A stretch of DNA of 64,000 bases, taken from contig VGYB01000001.1 of NCBI GenBank assembly GCA_016873115.1, positions 151,528-215,527 of the forward strand. Reading direction: 5' to 3'. Below the pieces are notes generated by a model. The model had not been told where the DNA came from, made no database searches, and saw only the letters and a program-made list of their open reading frames with translations. The DNA comes from Planctomycetota bacterium (GTDB lineage Bacteria; Planctomycetota; Phycisphaerae; Phycisphaerales; SM1A02). Positions 45,134 through 56,400 of the stretch are shown piece by piece. Numbering within the stretch: the stretch's first letter is position 1; every line of letters starts with the position of its first letter. A program made the position numbers and the translations under genes.

Positions 45134-47734
45134 ATGGCACGGACTTCGCCTACGGCTGTTGCACGCCCCACGGGGCGCGCTGTCCTCGACCTCCCCCCTG
45201 CCCCGCTCACGCGCAAGATCGGCTGGATCGCCGCCTTCGCAGCGTGGGTTCTCGTGGCGCTTGCCTTGGTCTCCTTCGATGTTGCCGATGCGCCAAGCCG
45301 CACGGTCGCGTCGTGGAACCAGCCGCCGGCGAACCTGATGGGTCCTGTTGGCGCACTGGTCGCGTTCACGGTGTACGAGGCATTCGGGTTCGGCGCATGG
45401 ATCCCCATGATCCTGGGGGGCATTGCACTCTGGGCCACCTTCACCGGTCGCACGATTTCGCACCCCATGGTGCGCATCCTGGGTGCAGTGATCGCGATGA
45501 TCGCCTTCAGTGCGCTCCATGCCACCTGGTTCCCTCGGCTCGGTCCGCTCGCAGGCGCAGAAGCGGGCCTGATCCCCCAGTGGTGCTCGCAGCAGCTCGT
45601 GGTGCGGTTCAACGGCATTGGAACGAGCCTGATCCTGCTGCTCGCGCTCGTGCTCGGGATGATGGTGGCTGCCGACGAACTGCTCGGCATGCTGCCCAAA
45701 GCCCTCGCGCGCGTGGGTGAAGCCCTTGAACCGCTGTGGAAGACCGACTGGCGCGGCCTGGTCGCACGCGTCACGGTCAGGCCTCAACCGATCGTGGCCA
45801 CCATCGGCGGCAGCACCGCACCGGCCACGGTCGAGTCCACGGCTCGCCCGATGCGTCGCAAGGCCAAGGCTGTTGCCATCGAAACGGAGGTTGACGACTC
45901 CGCCGTGGCCGTACTCGATGCCGACGATGCGGGTCGCGACGAGGAGGAGGTCGGGACCGAGTGGAACGAGGAGTCATCGTGCGAGGACGAGGCTGCGGAG
46001 ATCGATGCCGACGGGCCCGAGGGCGATGCTGCCGACGATGAACCCAAGATGCTCACCGAGGAGGAGCTGCGCGAGCGCATGGCCCGCCTTCCCCTGCGGA
46101 TGTCGGGCGCGTCCCCGACCGTGGTGCGCGACCAGGACATCCCGCGCGCCGAGAACTACGAGGGCTACCAGTTCCCGGGCATCGAGCTCCTCGACGAGCC
46201 CGAGTCGAACTTCAGTGCCACGATCGAGGCCTATGTCCGCGACCAGGCCGCCACGCTCACCCAGACGCTGGCGACCTACCAGATCGAGGGCGAGGTCGTC
46301 GGGATCGAGAGCGGGCCGGTCGTCACACTGTATTCCGTGGAGCTCGCCGCCGGCACACGCGTGGCGCGGCTCGAGACGATCAGCAAGGACATTGCACGCG
46401 CGCTGAGTGCACCGAACATCCGCATCATCGCGAACATGGCTGGCACCACGGCGGTGGGCATCGAGGTGCCCAATCGCCAGAAGGAGAAGGTCCGTCTCAA
46501 GGAACTCATGTCCGGCGGGCAGTCGCAGGGCATGCGCCTGCCGATGTTCTTGGGCAAGGACAGTGCCGGTGAGCCACTGGTCTTCGATCTCACCAAGATG
46601 CCACACATGCTGATCGCCGGCACCACCGGCAGCGGCAAGAGCGTGTGCATGAACAGCATCATCATGTCGTGGCTCTACACCAAGCGCCCGGACGAGCTCA
46701 AGCTCGTGCTCGTCGACCCCAAGATGATCGAGATGAGCATGTACGCCAACATCCCGCACCTGATGGCGCCCGTCGTGACGGACATGGGCAAGGCATCGGC
46801 GATCCTCGAGTGGGCCGTGACCAAGATGGAGGAACGCTACGAGTTCTTCCAGCGCGCGCAGGTCAAGGACATCGTGACCTTCAACGACCTCGGCGAGAAG
46901 GAGCTCTTCGAGCGCCTGAACATGGCCGACGCGGACGAACAGGCCAAGGCCAGGATCCCGAAGAAGTTCCCCTACCTCGTCTTCGTGGTCGACGAACTCG
47001 CCGACCTCATGATGACCAATCGCGAGGTGGAAACCAGCGTCGTGCGCATCGCGCAGAAGGCGCGTTCCGTCGGCATCCACCTGATCCTGGCCACGCAGCG
47101 CCCACAGGCCAATGTCGTCACCGGCCTCATCAAGGCGAACATGCCCTGCCGCGTGGCCTTCAGGGTGGCCAGCGGGATGGACAGCCGCATCGTGCTCGAC
47201 CAGAAGGGTGCCGAACTGCTGCTCGGCCAGGGCGACATGATGGTCGTCACGCCGTCGAGCAGCGATCTGCGTCGCTGCCAAGGCACATTGGTCACCGATG
47301 GCGAGATCCGAAATGTCACGCGGTTCCTGAAGGATGTCGCGCAGCCGAGCTTCGAGCGATCGCTCGTCGCGATCCGAAGTCAGGCCGAGGCCCAGGCGGC
47401 GGGTGACTCCGAACAGACCGGCGAGTTCAGCGCCGAGCGCGATCCGATGTTCGATCGCGCCGTCGAGATCATCATCGAGACCGGGCGCGGCAGCGTGAGC
47501 CTGCTGCAGCGCAGGCTCTCGATCGGATACGGACGCGCCAGCCGGCTCGTCGACCAGATGGGTGCGGCCGGGATCCTGAGCGACCACAAGGGTTCCGTGG
47601 CGCGCGAGGTTCTCATCACCATGGAAGACTGGCAGCGCATGAAGGCGCTCGAGGCCGGCGACGATGGCGAGTCCGACAGCGCCGCGTCCGGAGACGGGAC
47701 CATCAACGAGACCGACGACGCCGACCGACGATGA
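45134..47734 (+). CDS. ftsK: DNA translocase FtsK/SpoIIIE
   Basis: It has N-terminal TM segments and an acidic linker. The motor domain reads HMLIAGTTGSGKSVCMNSIIMS...LVFVVDELADLMM...GIHLILATQRPQANVVTGLIKANMPCRVAFRVAS. The C-terminal gamma domain reads SVSLLQRRLSIGYGRASRLVDQM. Confidence 0.95.
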   Translation: MARTSPTAVARPTGRAVLDLPPAPLTRKIGWIAAFAAWVLVALALVSFDVADAPSRTVASWNQPPANLMGPVGALVAFTVYEAFGFGAWIPMILGGIALWATFTGRTISHPMVRILGAVIAMIAFSALHATWFPRLGPLAGAEAGLIPQWCSQQLVVRFNGIGTSLILLLALVLGMMVAADELLGMLPKALARVGEALEPLWKTDWRGLVARVTVRPQPIVATIGGSTAPATVESTARPMRRKAKAVAIETEVDDSAVAVLDADDAGRDEEEVGTEWNEESSCEDEAAEIDADGPEGDAADDEPKMLTEEELRERMARLPLRMSGASPTVVRDQDIPRAENYEGYQFPGIELLDEPESNFSATIEAYVRDQAATLTQTLATYQIEGEVVGIESGPVVTLYSVELAAGTRVARLETISKDIARALSAPNIRIIANMAGTTAVGIEVPNRQKEKVRLKELMSGGQSQGMRLPMFLGKDSAGEPLVFDLTKMPHMLIAGTTGSGKSVCMNSIIMSWLYTKRPDELKLVLVDPKMIEMSMYANIPHLMAPVVTDMGKASAILEWAVTKMEERYEFFQRAQVKDIVTFNDLGEKELFERLNMADADEQAKARIPKKFPYLVFVVDELADLMMTNREVETSVVRIAQKARSVGIHLILATQRPQANVVTGLIKANMPCRVAFRVASGMDSRIVLDQKGAELLLGQGDMMVVTPSSSDLRRCQGTLVTDGEIRNVTRFLKDVAQPSFERSLVAIRSQAEAQAAGDSEQTGEFSAERDPMFDRAVEIIIETGRGSVSLLQRRLSIGYGRASRLVDQMGAAGILSDHKGSVAREVLITMEDWQRMKALEAGDDGESDSAASGDGTINETDDADRR

Positions 47735-47740
47735 GTGCGA

Positions 47741-49357
<1,617 letters not shown>

Positions 49358-49957
49358 TCAGGACAGGAAGCGGCCGATGTCGGCGCGCACCTTGGCACCG
49401 GCGTCCTCGATCAGCGAGCGCCGCATGCGGCGCAGCTTCGCGGCCACCGAGCCATCGATCAACTGGTCGCCGATGCGCAGCTTCACGCCGCCGACCATCG
49501 ACGCATCCTTGTACAGGTGCAGCACGGGATCGCGGCCCAGGCGCGACTTCAGGGTCGTCACGAGGTTCGCGCGCGCGCCGTCATCGAACTGTCCGTCGAC
49601 CGTGAAGACATCGACCTCGACCTTGCCGAAGCGCTCGTTGAGCAGCTTCGCGAAGGCATCGGAGATCGCTTCGAGCTCACCCAAGCGGCCCTTGCGATTG
49701 GCCACGAGGAGGAAGCGCAGCACGAGGTCGCTCACGCGGCCCTTCAAGAGCGACTGCAGCGCGGTCTCGCGCGCGGCGGTGTCGATCGCCGGCGAGCGCA
49801 GGAACTCCGCGAAGCGGCGATCGCCTCGGATGATCTCGACGAGATCGACCAACTCATCGCCAGCGTCTTGCGCGGCGGCGTCGCCGCCCTGCTTCGAGGC
49901 GAGCTCGAAGAGGCTTTCCGCGTAGACGCGGCCGACGCTGTTGGTGGTCGTGGACAT
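49358..49957 (-). CDS. atpH: F1 ATP synthase subunit delta (OSCP)
   Basis: The sequence reads VGRVYAESLFELA...FLRSPAI...LLKGRVSDLVLRFLLVANRKGRL...DASMVGGVKLRIGDQLIDGSV. I prefer ATG 49957, which has an upstream GAGG, over TTG 49984. Confidence 0.85.
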   Translation of the reverse strand: MSTTTNSVGRVYAESLFELASKQGGDAAAQDAGDELVDLVEIIRGDRRFAEFLRSPAIDTAARETALQSLLKGRVSDLVLRFLLVANRKGRLGELEAISDAFAKLLNERFGKVEVDVFTVDGQFDDGARANLVTTLKSRLGRDPVLHLYKDASMVGGVKLRIGDQLIDGSVAAKLRRMRRSLIEDAGAKVRADIGRFLS

Positions 49958-49980
49958 GATCTGCCTCGGAGGTTCTGGCC

Positions 49981-50499
49981 TCAACGGCCGCTGCTGGCGA
50001 ACTCCTTGATCGACTGCTCGACGAGGACCTTCTGGTCCTTGGCGTCGATCACACGCCCGAGGACCTTGCTGGCCACGCTCACGGCGAGTTCGGCAGCGTG
50101 GGCCTCGAGTTCGGCCACCGCCTGGCGGCGTGCGGCGTCCATCTCGGCGTTCGCGCGCTTCTTCAGTTCGGCCAGTTCAGTCTCGCTGCGCGCGCGAAGG
50201 TCATCGGCGGCCTTCTGGGCCTGCCCACGAGCTTCCTTGATCATGGCGTCGGCGTCATGCTGCGCCTGAATGAGCTTGCGCTCGAACTCTTCCTGCGCAG
50301 CCTTGGCCTGCGCACGGGCATCCTCGGCAGCCTTGATCTCGCCGAGGATCTTCTCGTTGCGCTCATCGAGTCCCTTGGCGATCTTCGGCCACACGGCGAC
50401 GGAGAGCACGATGACAGTCAGCAGCGCCACGCTGACGGCGGTGGCCAGCGGCAGGACTTCCACACTCATGGGGTTGGCGTCGGCAGCAAGCATCAGCAC
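49981..50499 (-). CDS. atpF: F0 ATP synthase subunit b
   Basis: It has a single N-terminal TM segment and then a long charged helix (WPKIAKGLDERNEKILGEIKAAEDARAQAKAAQEEFERKL...). Confidence 0.85.
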   Translation of the reverse strand: MLMLAADANPMSVEVLPLATAVSVALLTVIVLSVAVWPKIAKGLDERNEKILGEIKAAEDARAQAKAAQEEFERKLIQAQHDADAMIKEARGQAQKAADDLRARSETELAELKKRANAEMDAARRQAVAELEAHAAELAVSVASKVLGRVIDAKDQKVLVEQSIKEFASSGR

Positions 50500-50612
50500 G
50501 GGATACCTCGGTGGTCAGGGTTCCAACATTCGGTGAAGGGTCGGCCAGGCAAGCGGCCGGGACCCGCCGGTACGGACGGGGCCCGGCATGCTTGATCCAG
50601 CCTGCACCATCG

Positions 50613-50915
50613 TTACGGGAAGGCCTGGAGACCAACGACGACCGCGAAGAGCGCCACGCCTTCGACGAGCGCTGCGGTCAGGATCATGTACATGAACACC
50701 TTGCCAGCCACTTCGGGCTGGCGGGCGATGCTCTCGACCGCGCTGCCGCCGATGCGGCCGATGCCGATGCCTGCGCCGACCACGGCAAGGCCGGCGGCGA
50801 GGCCGGCGCCGAGGCCCGAACCCTCATTCATGGCGTTGTCGGCGGCGAACGTCGACTCGGCCCCGAACAGGCAAAGGGCGGCGAACGTGAGGAGAGCGAG
50901 GGTCATGTGCTTCAT
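50613..50915 (-). CDS. atpE: F0 ATP synthase subunit c with an N-terminal signal-peptide-like extension
   Basis: The c-ring hairpin reads GLAVVGAGIGIGRIGGSAVESIARQPE....MILTAALVEGVALFAVVVG. It is preceded by MKHMTLALLTFAALCLFGAESTFAADN. The track ORF is over-extended, to 51245. Confidence 0.85.
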   Translation of the reverse strand: MKHMTLALLTFAALCLFGAESTFAADNAMNEGSGLGAGLAAGLAVVGAGIGIGRIGGSAVESIARQPEVAGKVFMYMILTAALVEGVALFAVVVGLQAFP

Positions 50916-51018
50916 TTTGGGTTGGCTCCAACGGCGCCGTGGGTCTGCGCCTCGTGCAGGCTGAACTCGGTGCCCCCGGCACCCACGGCCGAGGGGGGGA
51001 AAGTGTAGCAACGACGGT

Positions 51019-52017
51019 TCAGTGCGCGGGAGCAGGCTCCGCGTGCGTCTGGCCGTCATGGCCCTGGTCATGGCCGTGCTCCTCGTGGCCGTGGTCTTCA
51101 TGGGCCATGAGGCTGATGAACACAGCCGTGAGGAACATGAAGATGAAGGCCTGGAGGAACGCGACGAACAATTCGAGGAACGTGATGAGGATCGCGAAGA
51201 ATCCCGCCACGAGGGTGATCGACCCTGCGGCCCACGCCGGTCCACCGGCCTTGAGCACCGCGGCGCCGAAGCCGAAGAGCACGGCCATCAGGGTGTGCCC
51301 GGCGACCATGTTGGCCATGAGGCGGATGGCGAGCGCGGCGGGCTTGATGAACATGCCCGCCAGTTCGACCGCGAAGATGATGGGGATGACGATCCAGAGT
51401 GCCAGCGGACCGTGCACGACATCGTGACCGCCGCACAGGTGCTCAAGCGTGCCCTTCACGCCAAGGTCCCGGAACGACTGGATCCAGATCGCGACAAAGC
51501 TGATCGCCGCAAGACCGAGCGTGACGGAGAAGCACGCTGATGCGGTGCCACCGAAGTAGATCGCGTTCGACGAGGCGTGGGCCATGTCGGCCTCGGCGGC
51601 CGCATGGTCGCCCATGACGACATGCAGCAATTCCTGCAGGTCGGCGAATGGCACCAAGCCGAACAGGTTCAGCGTCAGGATGAAGAAGAAGAGCGACAGG
51701 AGCAACGGTACCCAGCGCTTGGCCAGACGCTCGCCCATGACAGGCACGAGCATCTGATCGCGGAGCGTCACCACCATCACCTCGATGATCTGGGCGATGC
51801 GGCCCTTGGTCACGAATCGTGCATTGCCCTCGCTCGCGGGCCCCGTGGAGATGCGCGACGCAGCCAGCAGAAGAAGGCCGATGCAAACGATCGATCCGAC
51901 CACCAGCGAGATGACGCTGAGGGGAAGTGTCGTGCCGCCAACCGTGATCGCGCTGGGCCGGTCGAGGACATGCGCCAGGGGATTGTCGCCGGCAGCAAGA
52001 AGGAGGGTGTTCATCAT
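51019..52017 (-). CDS. atpB: F0 ATP synthase subunit a with a His-rich C-terminal tail
   Basis: The sequence reads LLSLFFFILTLNLFGLVPF...IKPAALAIRLMANMVAGH (essential Arg context)...FIFMFLTAVFISLM. The tail is AHEDHGHEEHGHDQGHDGQTHAEPAPAH. Confidence 0.9.
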   Translation of the reverse strand: MMNTLLLAAGDNPLAHVLDRPSAITVGGTTLPLSVISLVVGSIVCIGLLLLAASRISTGPASEGNARFVTKGRIAQIIEVMVVTLRDQMLVPVMGERLAKRWVPLLLSLFFFILTLNLFGLVPFADLQELLHVVMGDHAAAEADMAHASSNAIYFGGTASACFSVTLGLAAISFVAIWIQSFRDLGVKGTLEHLCGGHDVVHGPLALWIVIPIIFAVELAGMFIKPAALAIRLMANMVAGHTLMAVLFGFGAAVLKAGGPAWAAGSITLVAGFFAILITFLELFVAFLQAFIFMFLTAVFISLMAHEDHGHEEHGHDQGHDGQTHAEPAPAH

Positions 52018-52523
52018 GATGCTGAGGGGGAGTTCTTGTTCCCCGAAGCCTTCAATGGCATCCGTCCGAGGACTGGTCCGAGCACGGTGGCAATGATGGC
52101 GGTCTCAACCACCAGGAGTGCCAAGTACGTGAAACCTGTCACAAGCACGAACACCCTGGGCTCTCCGGGGGAGCGGAAATATAGCAACGCGGCGAGACCA
52201 CCCGTGGCGAGGATTCGCACTCCGCTTGCTGCCATCCAAAGAGAGGTCCAGGTGCTGGCCGGCCGCCTCGCCGATGGCCAGAGGATCGCCAGACCCAGGA
52301 GATTCCCAATCAGGGCCGCCGATGCCCCCATTACTGCTGCAAGCCAAGTTCCATCAGGTACTTGCAATCCAAAGAGCGGTAGCAGAACGCTGCTCACCAG
52401 TACACCGAGACCTGCGCAGATACTCCCGCTCAACAGCAGCCCGATCGTGATGTGGCGGCCGGGAAGCGCGAAGATCGGTTCCCCTTGGGGGTCACGCTCA
52501 AGGTCAACGAGGTCGTCAGCCAT
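52014..52523 (-). CDS. AtpI-like small membrane protein (ATP synthase protein I family, tentative)
   Basis: It has four hydrophobic segments and lies directly upstream of atpB, coupled by ATGA at 52014-52017. The start at ATG 52523 gives MADDLVDL. The call rests mainly on position. Confidence 0.5.
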   Translation of the reverse strand: MADDLVDLERDPQGEPIFALPGRHITIGLLLSGSICAGLGVLVSSVLLPLFGLQVPDGTWLAAVMGASAALIGNLLGLAILWPSARRPASTWTSLWMAASGVRILATGGLAALLYFRSPGEPRVFVLVTGFTYLALLVVETAIIATVLGPVLGRMPLKASGNKNSPSAS

Positions 52524-52842
52524 CTGTGTCCTGTTCCGGAGGAGCGGCCTCCGACCGCTTGGTGCGGCGCTCGATCGGCTTTCCACGCCCCTCGAGGTAC
52601 GCGTTCATGCTCAGTCCACCCCGGATCAGGCTGTACATGGCCACGAGAATGCCGATGCAGGCGCCGATGGTCATCCCAGTCGGCGCGGTCCCCCAGAAAT
52701 GGTCAACCAGCCAGCCGATGCCCGTGCCCGCCAGCACCTCCGAGAGCATCGCCCAGGCCAGACCCATCGTGCGCAGGCCGATGCGCATCTCCTCGCGCTC
52801 CTCGGCGGCCTTCTTTCGGGTGATGTCAGGATCGACGGGCAC
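52516..52842 (-). CDS. AtpZ/AtpI-family protein (F0F1 ATPase-associated small membrane protein)
   Basis: The sequence is RIGLRTMGLAWAMLSEVLAGTGIGWLVDHFWGT.P.GMTIGACIGILVAMYSLI. This is the two-TM pattern I associate with the AtpZ family. It is the first gene of the atp cluster. Confidence 0.55.
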   Translation of the reverse strand: MPVDPDITRKKAAEEREEMRIGLRTMGLAWAMLSEVLAGTGIGWLVDHFWGTAPTGMTIGACIGILVAMYSLIRGGLSMNAYLEGRGKPIERRTKRSEAAPPEQDTDG

Positions 52843-52896
52843 GACATGAGCCTACCGGGGGCCGCGCGTGCGCGACGGGCTACACTTCGCCCCGCC

Positions 52897-53454
52897 ATGG
52901 CCATCCGCGACAGCGAGATCGTCGATGTCACCCCGAAGCGGCTCGATTCCACCGAGAGCCTCTTCGTGGTCAATGTCATCAAGGGACTCGGCACCACGCT
53001 GCGCCACTGCTTCCAGAACATCGGACGCGACGGGAAGAACAAGGACACGCTCTGGGTGGTCCAGTACCCCGAAGAGAAGCGCGATGATCGCCCGGTCGAG
53101 GAGGGTGGCCAGTACCGCCCCTACTTCCGGGGCGTGCACCGGCTGAACAAGGACGAGGACGGCCGCGTGCGCTGCGTGGCCTGCTTCATGTGCGCCACGG
53201 CCTGCCCGGCGAACTGCATCCACATCGTCGCCGACGAAAGCCCGTGGGAGGACCGCGAGAAGTACCCCAAGCAGTTCGACATCGATGAACTCCGCTGCAT
53301 CTACTGCGGCATGTGCGAGGAAGCCTGCCCGGTCGACGCGATCGAGCTCACGCCCCACTACGAGGTCACCGGCCTCTCGCGCAGCGAGCTCATCTTCGAC
53401 AAGACCAAGCTGCTGCAGGTCTTCGACGAGACGATCGCCGAGAAGCCCATGTGA
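52897..53454 (+). CDS. nuoI: NuoI-like 2x[4Fe-4S] ferredoxin (NADH-quinone oxidoreductase subunit I family)
   Basis: The sequence reads VQYPEEKR...FRGVHRL........RCVACFMCATACPANCI ... CIYCGMCEEACPVDAIELTPHYE. The real start is ATG 52897 (MAIRDSE). The 625-aa track ORF is an upstream artefact. Confidence 0.8.
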   Translation: MAIRDSEIVDVTPKRLDSTESLFVVNVIKGLGTTLRHCFQNIGRDGKNKDTLWVVQYPEEKRDDRPVEEGGQYRPYFRGVHRLNKDEDGRVRCVACFMCATACPANCIHIVADESPWEDREKYPKQFDIDELRCIYCGMCEEACPVDAIELTPHYEVTGLSRSELIFDKTKLLQVFDETIAEKPM

Positions 53455-53479
53455 TCCGTGATTGGCACGCTCGCGCGCG

Positions 53480-56400
53480 TCACTGGCCCTTCTTCTTCTT
53501 GCCTCCGCCGAACAGGCCATCGAGCGCGTCGATGACCCGATTCGCCCCCTCGATGGGGTCGATCTTGCCGACGACGGGGCGGACGCTGACATCGAGTGGG
53601 ACCTCCTTGCCGTTCACCGGTCCGAGCGGGCCGCTGAAGGTGATCTCGAGCGCCATCAGGTTGCCCAGGTCGAGCGGCAGCACACTCAGCGCGTCGCTGA
53701 TGTCCTTGATCGTCTCGTCGACCGGACTGCTGATGCCACCGGCGACCCCCGCGACGGTCCGGACGATGCTGCTCACCGGATAGCGGGCACTGATCGCGCG
53801 TGCCCGGGCCGGATCACGCGTGAGATCGATGTCCCCGGAGAAGTTCAGCACGAGTTGCCACTGCGTGCCGATGCGATCCACACCGATGATGAAGTCGTTG
53901 TAGGTGAGCTGGCCCGCGCGGATCGAGGCCACCAGGGGCCCGATGTTCGCCGGCACGATCGGATCGACCGACGACTTGAATTCCTGCAGCACGCCGAGCA
54001 GCTGGTTGGACTTCTCGACCTTGGCCTCCCCGACATCCATGTGCGCATCCGCCTCAAGCCGAGCCAGGTTGCCATCCATCGGCCACCGCAGCCGTGACAA
54101 GGCCACCTTCACCGGAGGCGCCTCCTTGATGTCGGAGAGGATCGGATTCAAGGGCTCGAGGAGCTCGCTCCGGATCGCATCGTTGAGGACGAGCGAGAGT
54201 TCGATCGGCCGATCCGGGTCGACCTGCACCAAGCCGTCGGCCACCTTGATCCGAGGCGCGCGCGCATCCAGGAAGGTCGTGTCGAGGGTGGCCGAGACAT
54301 CCATCGTGCCCGGCACTGGCGAGATCACCTCGATGGTCGCATCCGCACGCTCACCGCACGCACGAACGATGATGCCATCGGTCACCGCAAGCGCATCGAA
54401 CCACTCGAGGGGGAAGTCCGTTGCCTGCGCTTGCGCACGGACCACCATCGCGGTGCTCGCAAGCGATCCATCGGGTCGGCCGAGCGCGTCGATCGTGCCC
54501 TTGGCGATGACTGCGCCGTCACGCTCCTTCTCCCCGAACGCCAGCGTGGCGTTGAATGCGCACGAGCGACCGATCGCATCAGCCCTGAGGTCAGCACCGA
54601 TTCGCTCGATGTGCAGCTCCACGGCACCGAACGCTGCATCGATGGCACCCACCGCGATCGAGGCATCCACGCTCGCCTCGGCGAGCCGTGCAGGCACCGT
54701 GATGCGGCGAAGATCGATCGATGCCGAGAGAAGCGCCTTCGGATCGAGTGTGAGGCGCCCGCTGCCCGACGCCTGGAACGCACCACCCTTCGGCGACGCG
54801 GCCGCAGCGGGTGTGTGCGCGGCAGCGATGAACGGCTGCACCAGCGCACCCGGTGCCGAGACCTTGACGCTTGAGCCACGCATGTCGATCACGCCGTCGT
54901 CATGGAGCATGCCCCGAAGGTCGCCCTTCAGGTCGAGGTCGATCGTTGCTGGATGCGACGCGCCGCCGTCGATGGCGATGTCGGTGGTGATCGACAGTTG
55001 AGCGCCGGACTCCAGCGACGCGATCGCTGCCGTGAGCCGCGTCTGGTCGAGAGCCATCGACATCGACTCGGTCGGTCGTGCCGTGAAGGCGCCGATGGAT
55101 GCATCGGCATGCAGCGCGAGGCTGCGCCGATCGGTGCTGGCCTGCACCCCCGTGAGCGTGGCGGCCATCGGCACGATCGTCGCATCGGCCCAGTCCGCTG
55201 CGACCGGATCGGTACCGGCCAGCACACGATCCATGACCCGGCGCGGCAGCGAGCACGCGATCGTCGCGGCCGGCATGCGCAGCGCACGGGCGGACTCGTC
55301 CGCCGCTGCCGGATCGAGCTCGACCTTCGCCGTGGCGGAGAGCCGGCTCAGCGCGGCCGTGAGCTCGAGGGCATCGTGCCCACCCTTGCCCGACCAGGTC
55401 ACCTCGACGGTGCCCGGGCCTGCTGCCGCGGGCAGGTACGGACTCTGGGTGAACCGACCGAGCAGATTGGTTCCGACCGGGAGCGTGGCGCGCACGGTGG
55501 CACTTCCGGAGGGCTGACCCGAACCGGGGAGGACGAGGGCGAGCTGCCCCGTGGCCTCGACCTCGCCGGGCACGGCGGCGGCGATCGTGCCCGACCAATC
55601 AAGAACGCCCGATGCCGTCCGATTCGCCGTGCCATCGATCGCCACCCGCTCGAGCACGATGCTCCCGTCCAAGCCCGGGCACGCGCTCAGCTCCAGCCGA
55701 TCGATCCCCAATTGCAGTTTCTCTGCCTTGACCTCAACAGCGTCCGGACTCGGCGCGGGCGTCAGGAGCGTGAGTTCGTCGCAGCCCACCGCCATCCGAG
55801 CGGGGGCGGAGAGCCGCAGACCGTCGATGCCGAGCAGCTCGGAAAGCCCGTCTGCGACCGTGATCGAGCCCTTGAGGCCCTTGACGACGGTCCGCTCCGG
55901 CGACCACTTCCCTTGCGCCGACAGGTCCGCGGCTGGTCCCTTCAGGACGGCTTGGACCGCGACGGCATCTCGGTTCCCGTCGAACTGCACCGTCAAGACC
56001 GGTCGACCAAGCCCCACGAGCCCGGACATCCGCTGCATGCGCTCGGGAACATGCGGCACCCGAGACAGGTCGATCGCATCGACCTGGATCGAGCCGCTGG
56101 CTCGGGCGGCATCGAGCGTGACGGCCCCCGCGTTCGTGACGATCCCAGCCAGGGCAAGGTCGGCCTTCGCCACGAAACCGCTCGCGCCGCCCGCGACGGA
56201 CACCTGCACGCCCTTCGACAGCGCCTCCGACCGGAGCCCGACGGTCGTTGCCGCCACATCGAGCCACGCATCCGGACCGACCACTCCGCCAAGCGTGAGG
56301 GGTTCGATGCCCACCGTCGCCACCAGCGACGCCGTGGCAAGGTCGGGCCCTGAAGCACCGACAGCGAAGGCAGCACGATCGATCGTGATCGTGGTCGATG

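Noticed and set aside
51577-52896. The upstream 440 codons of the 625-aa track ORF that ends at 53454
   Set aside because: Only the last 185 codons (from ATG 52897) look like a protein (NuoI). The upstream part is antisense to atpB, atpI and atpZ and has arbitrary composition.
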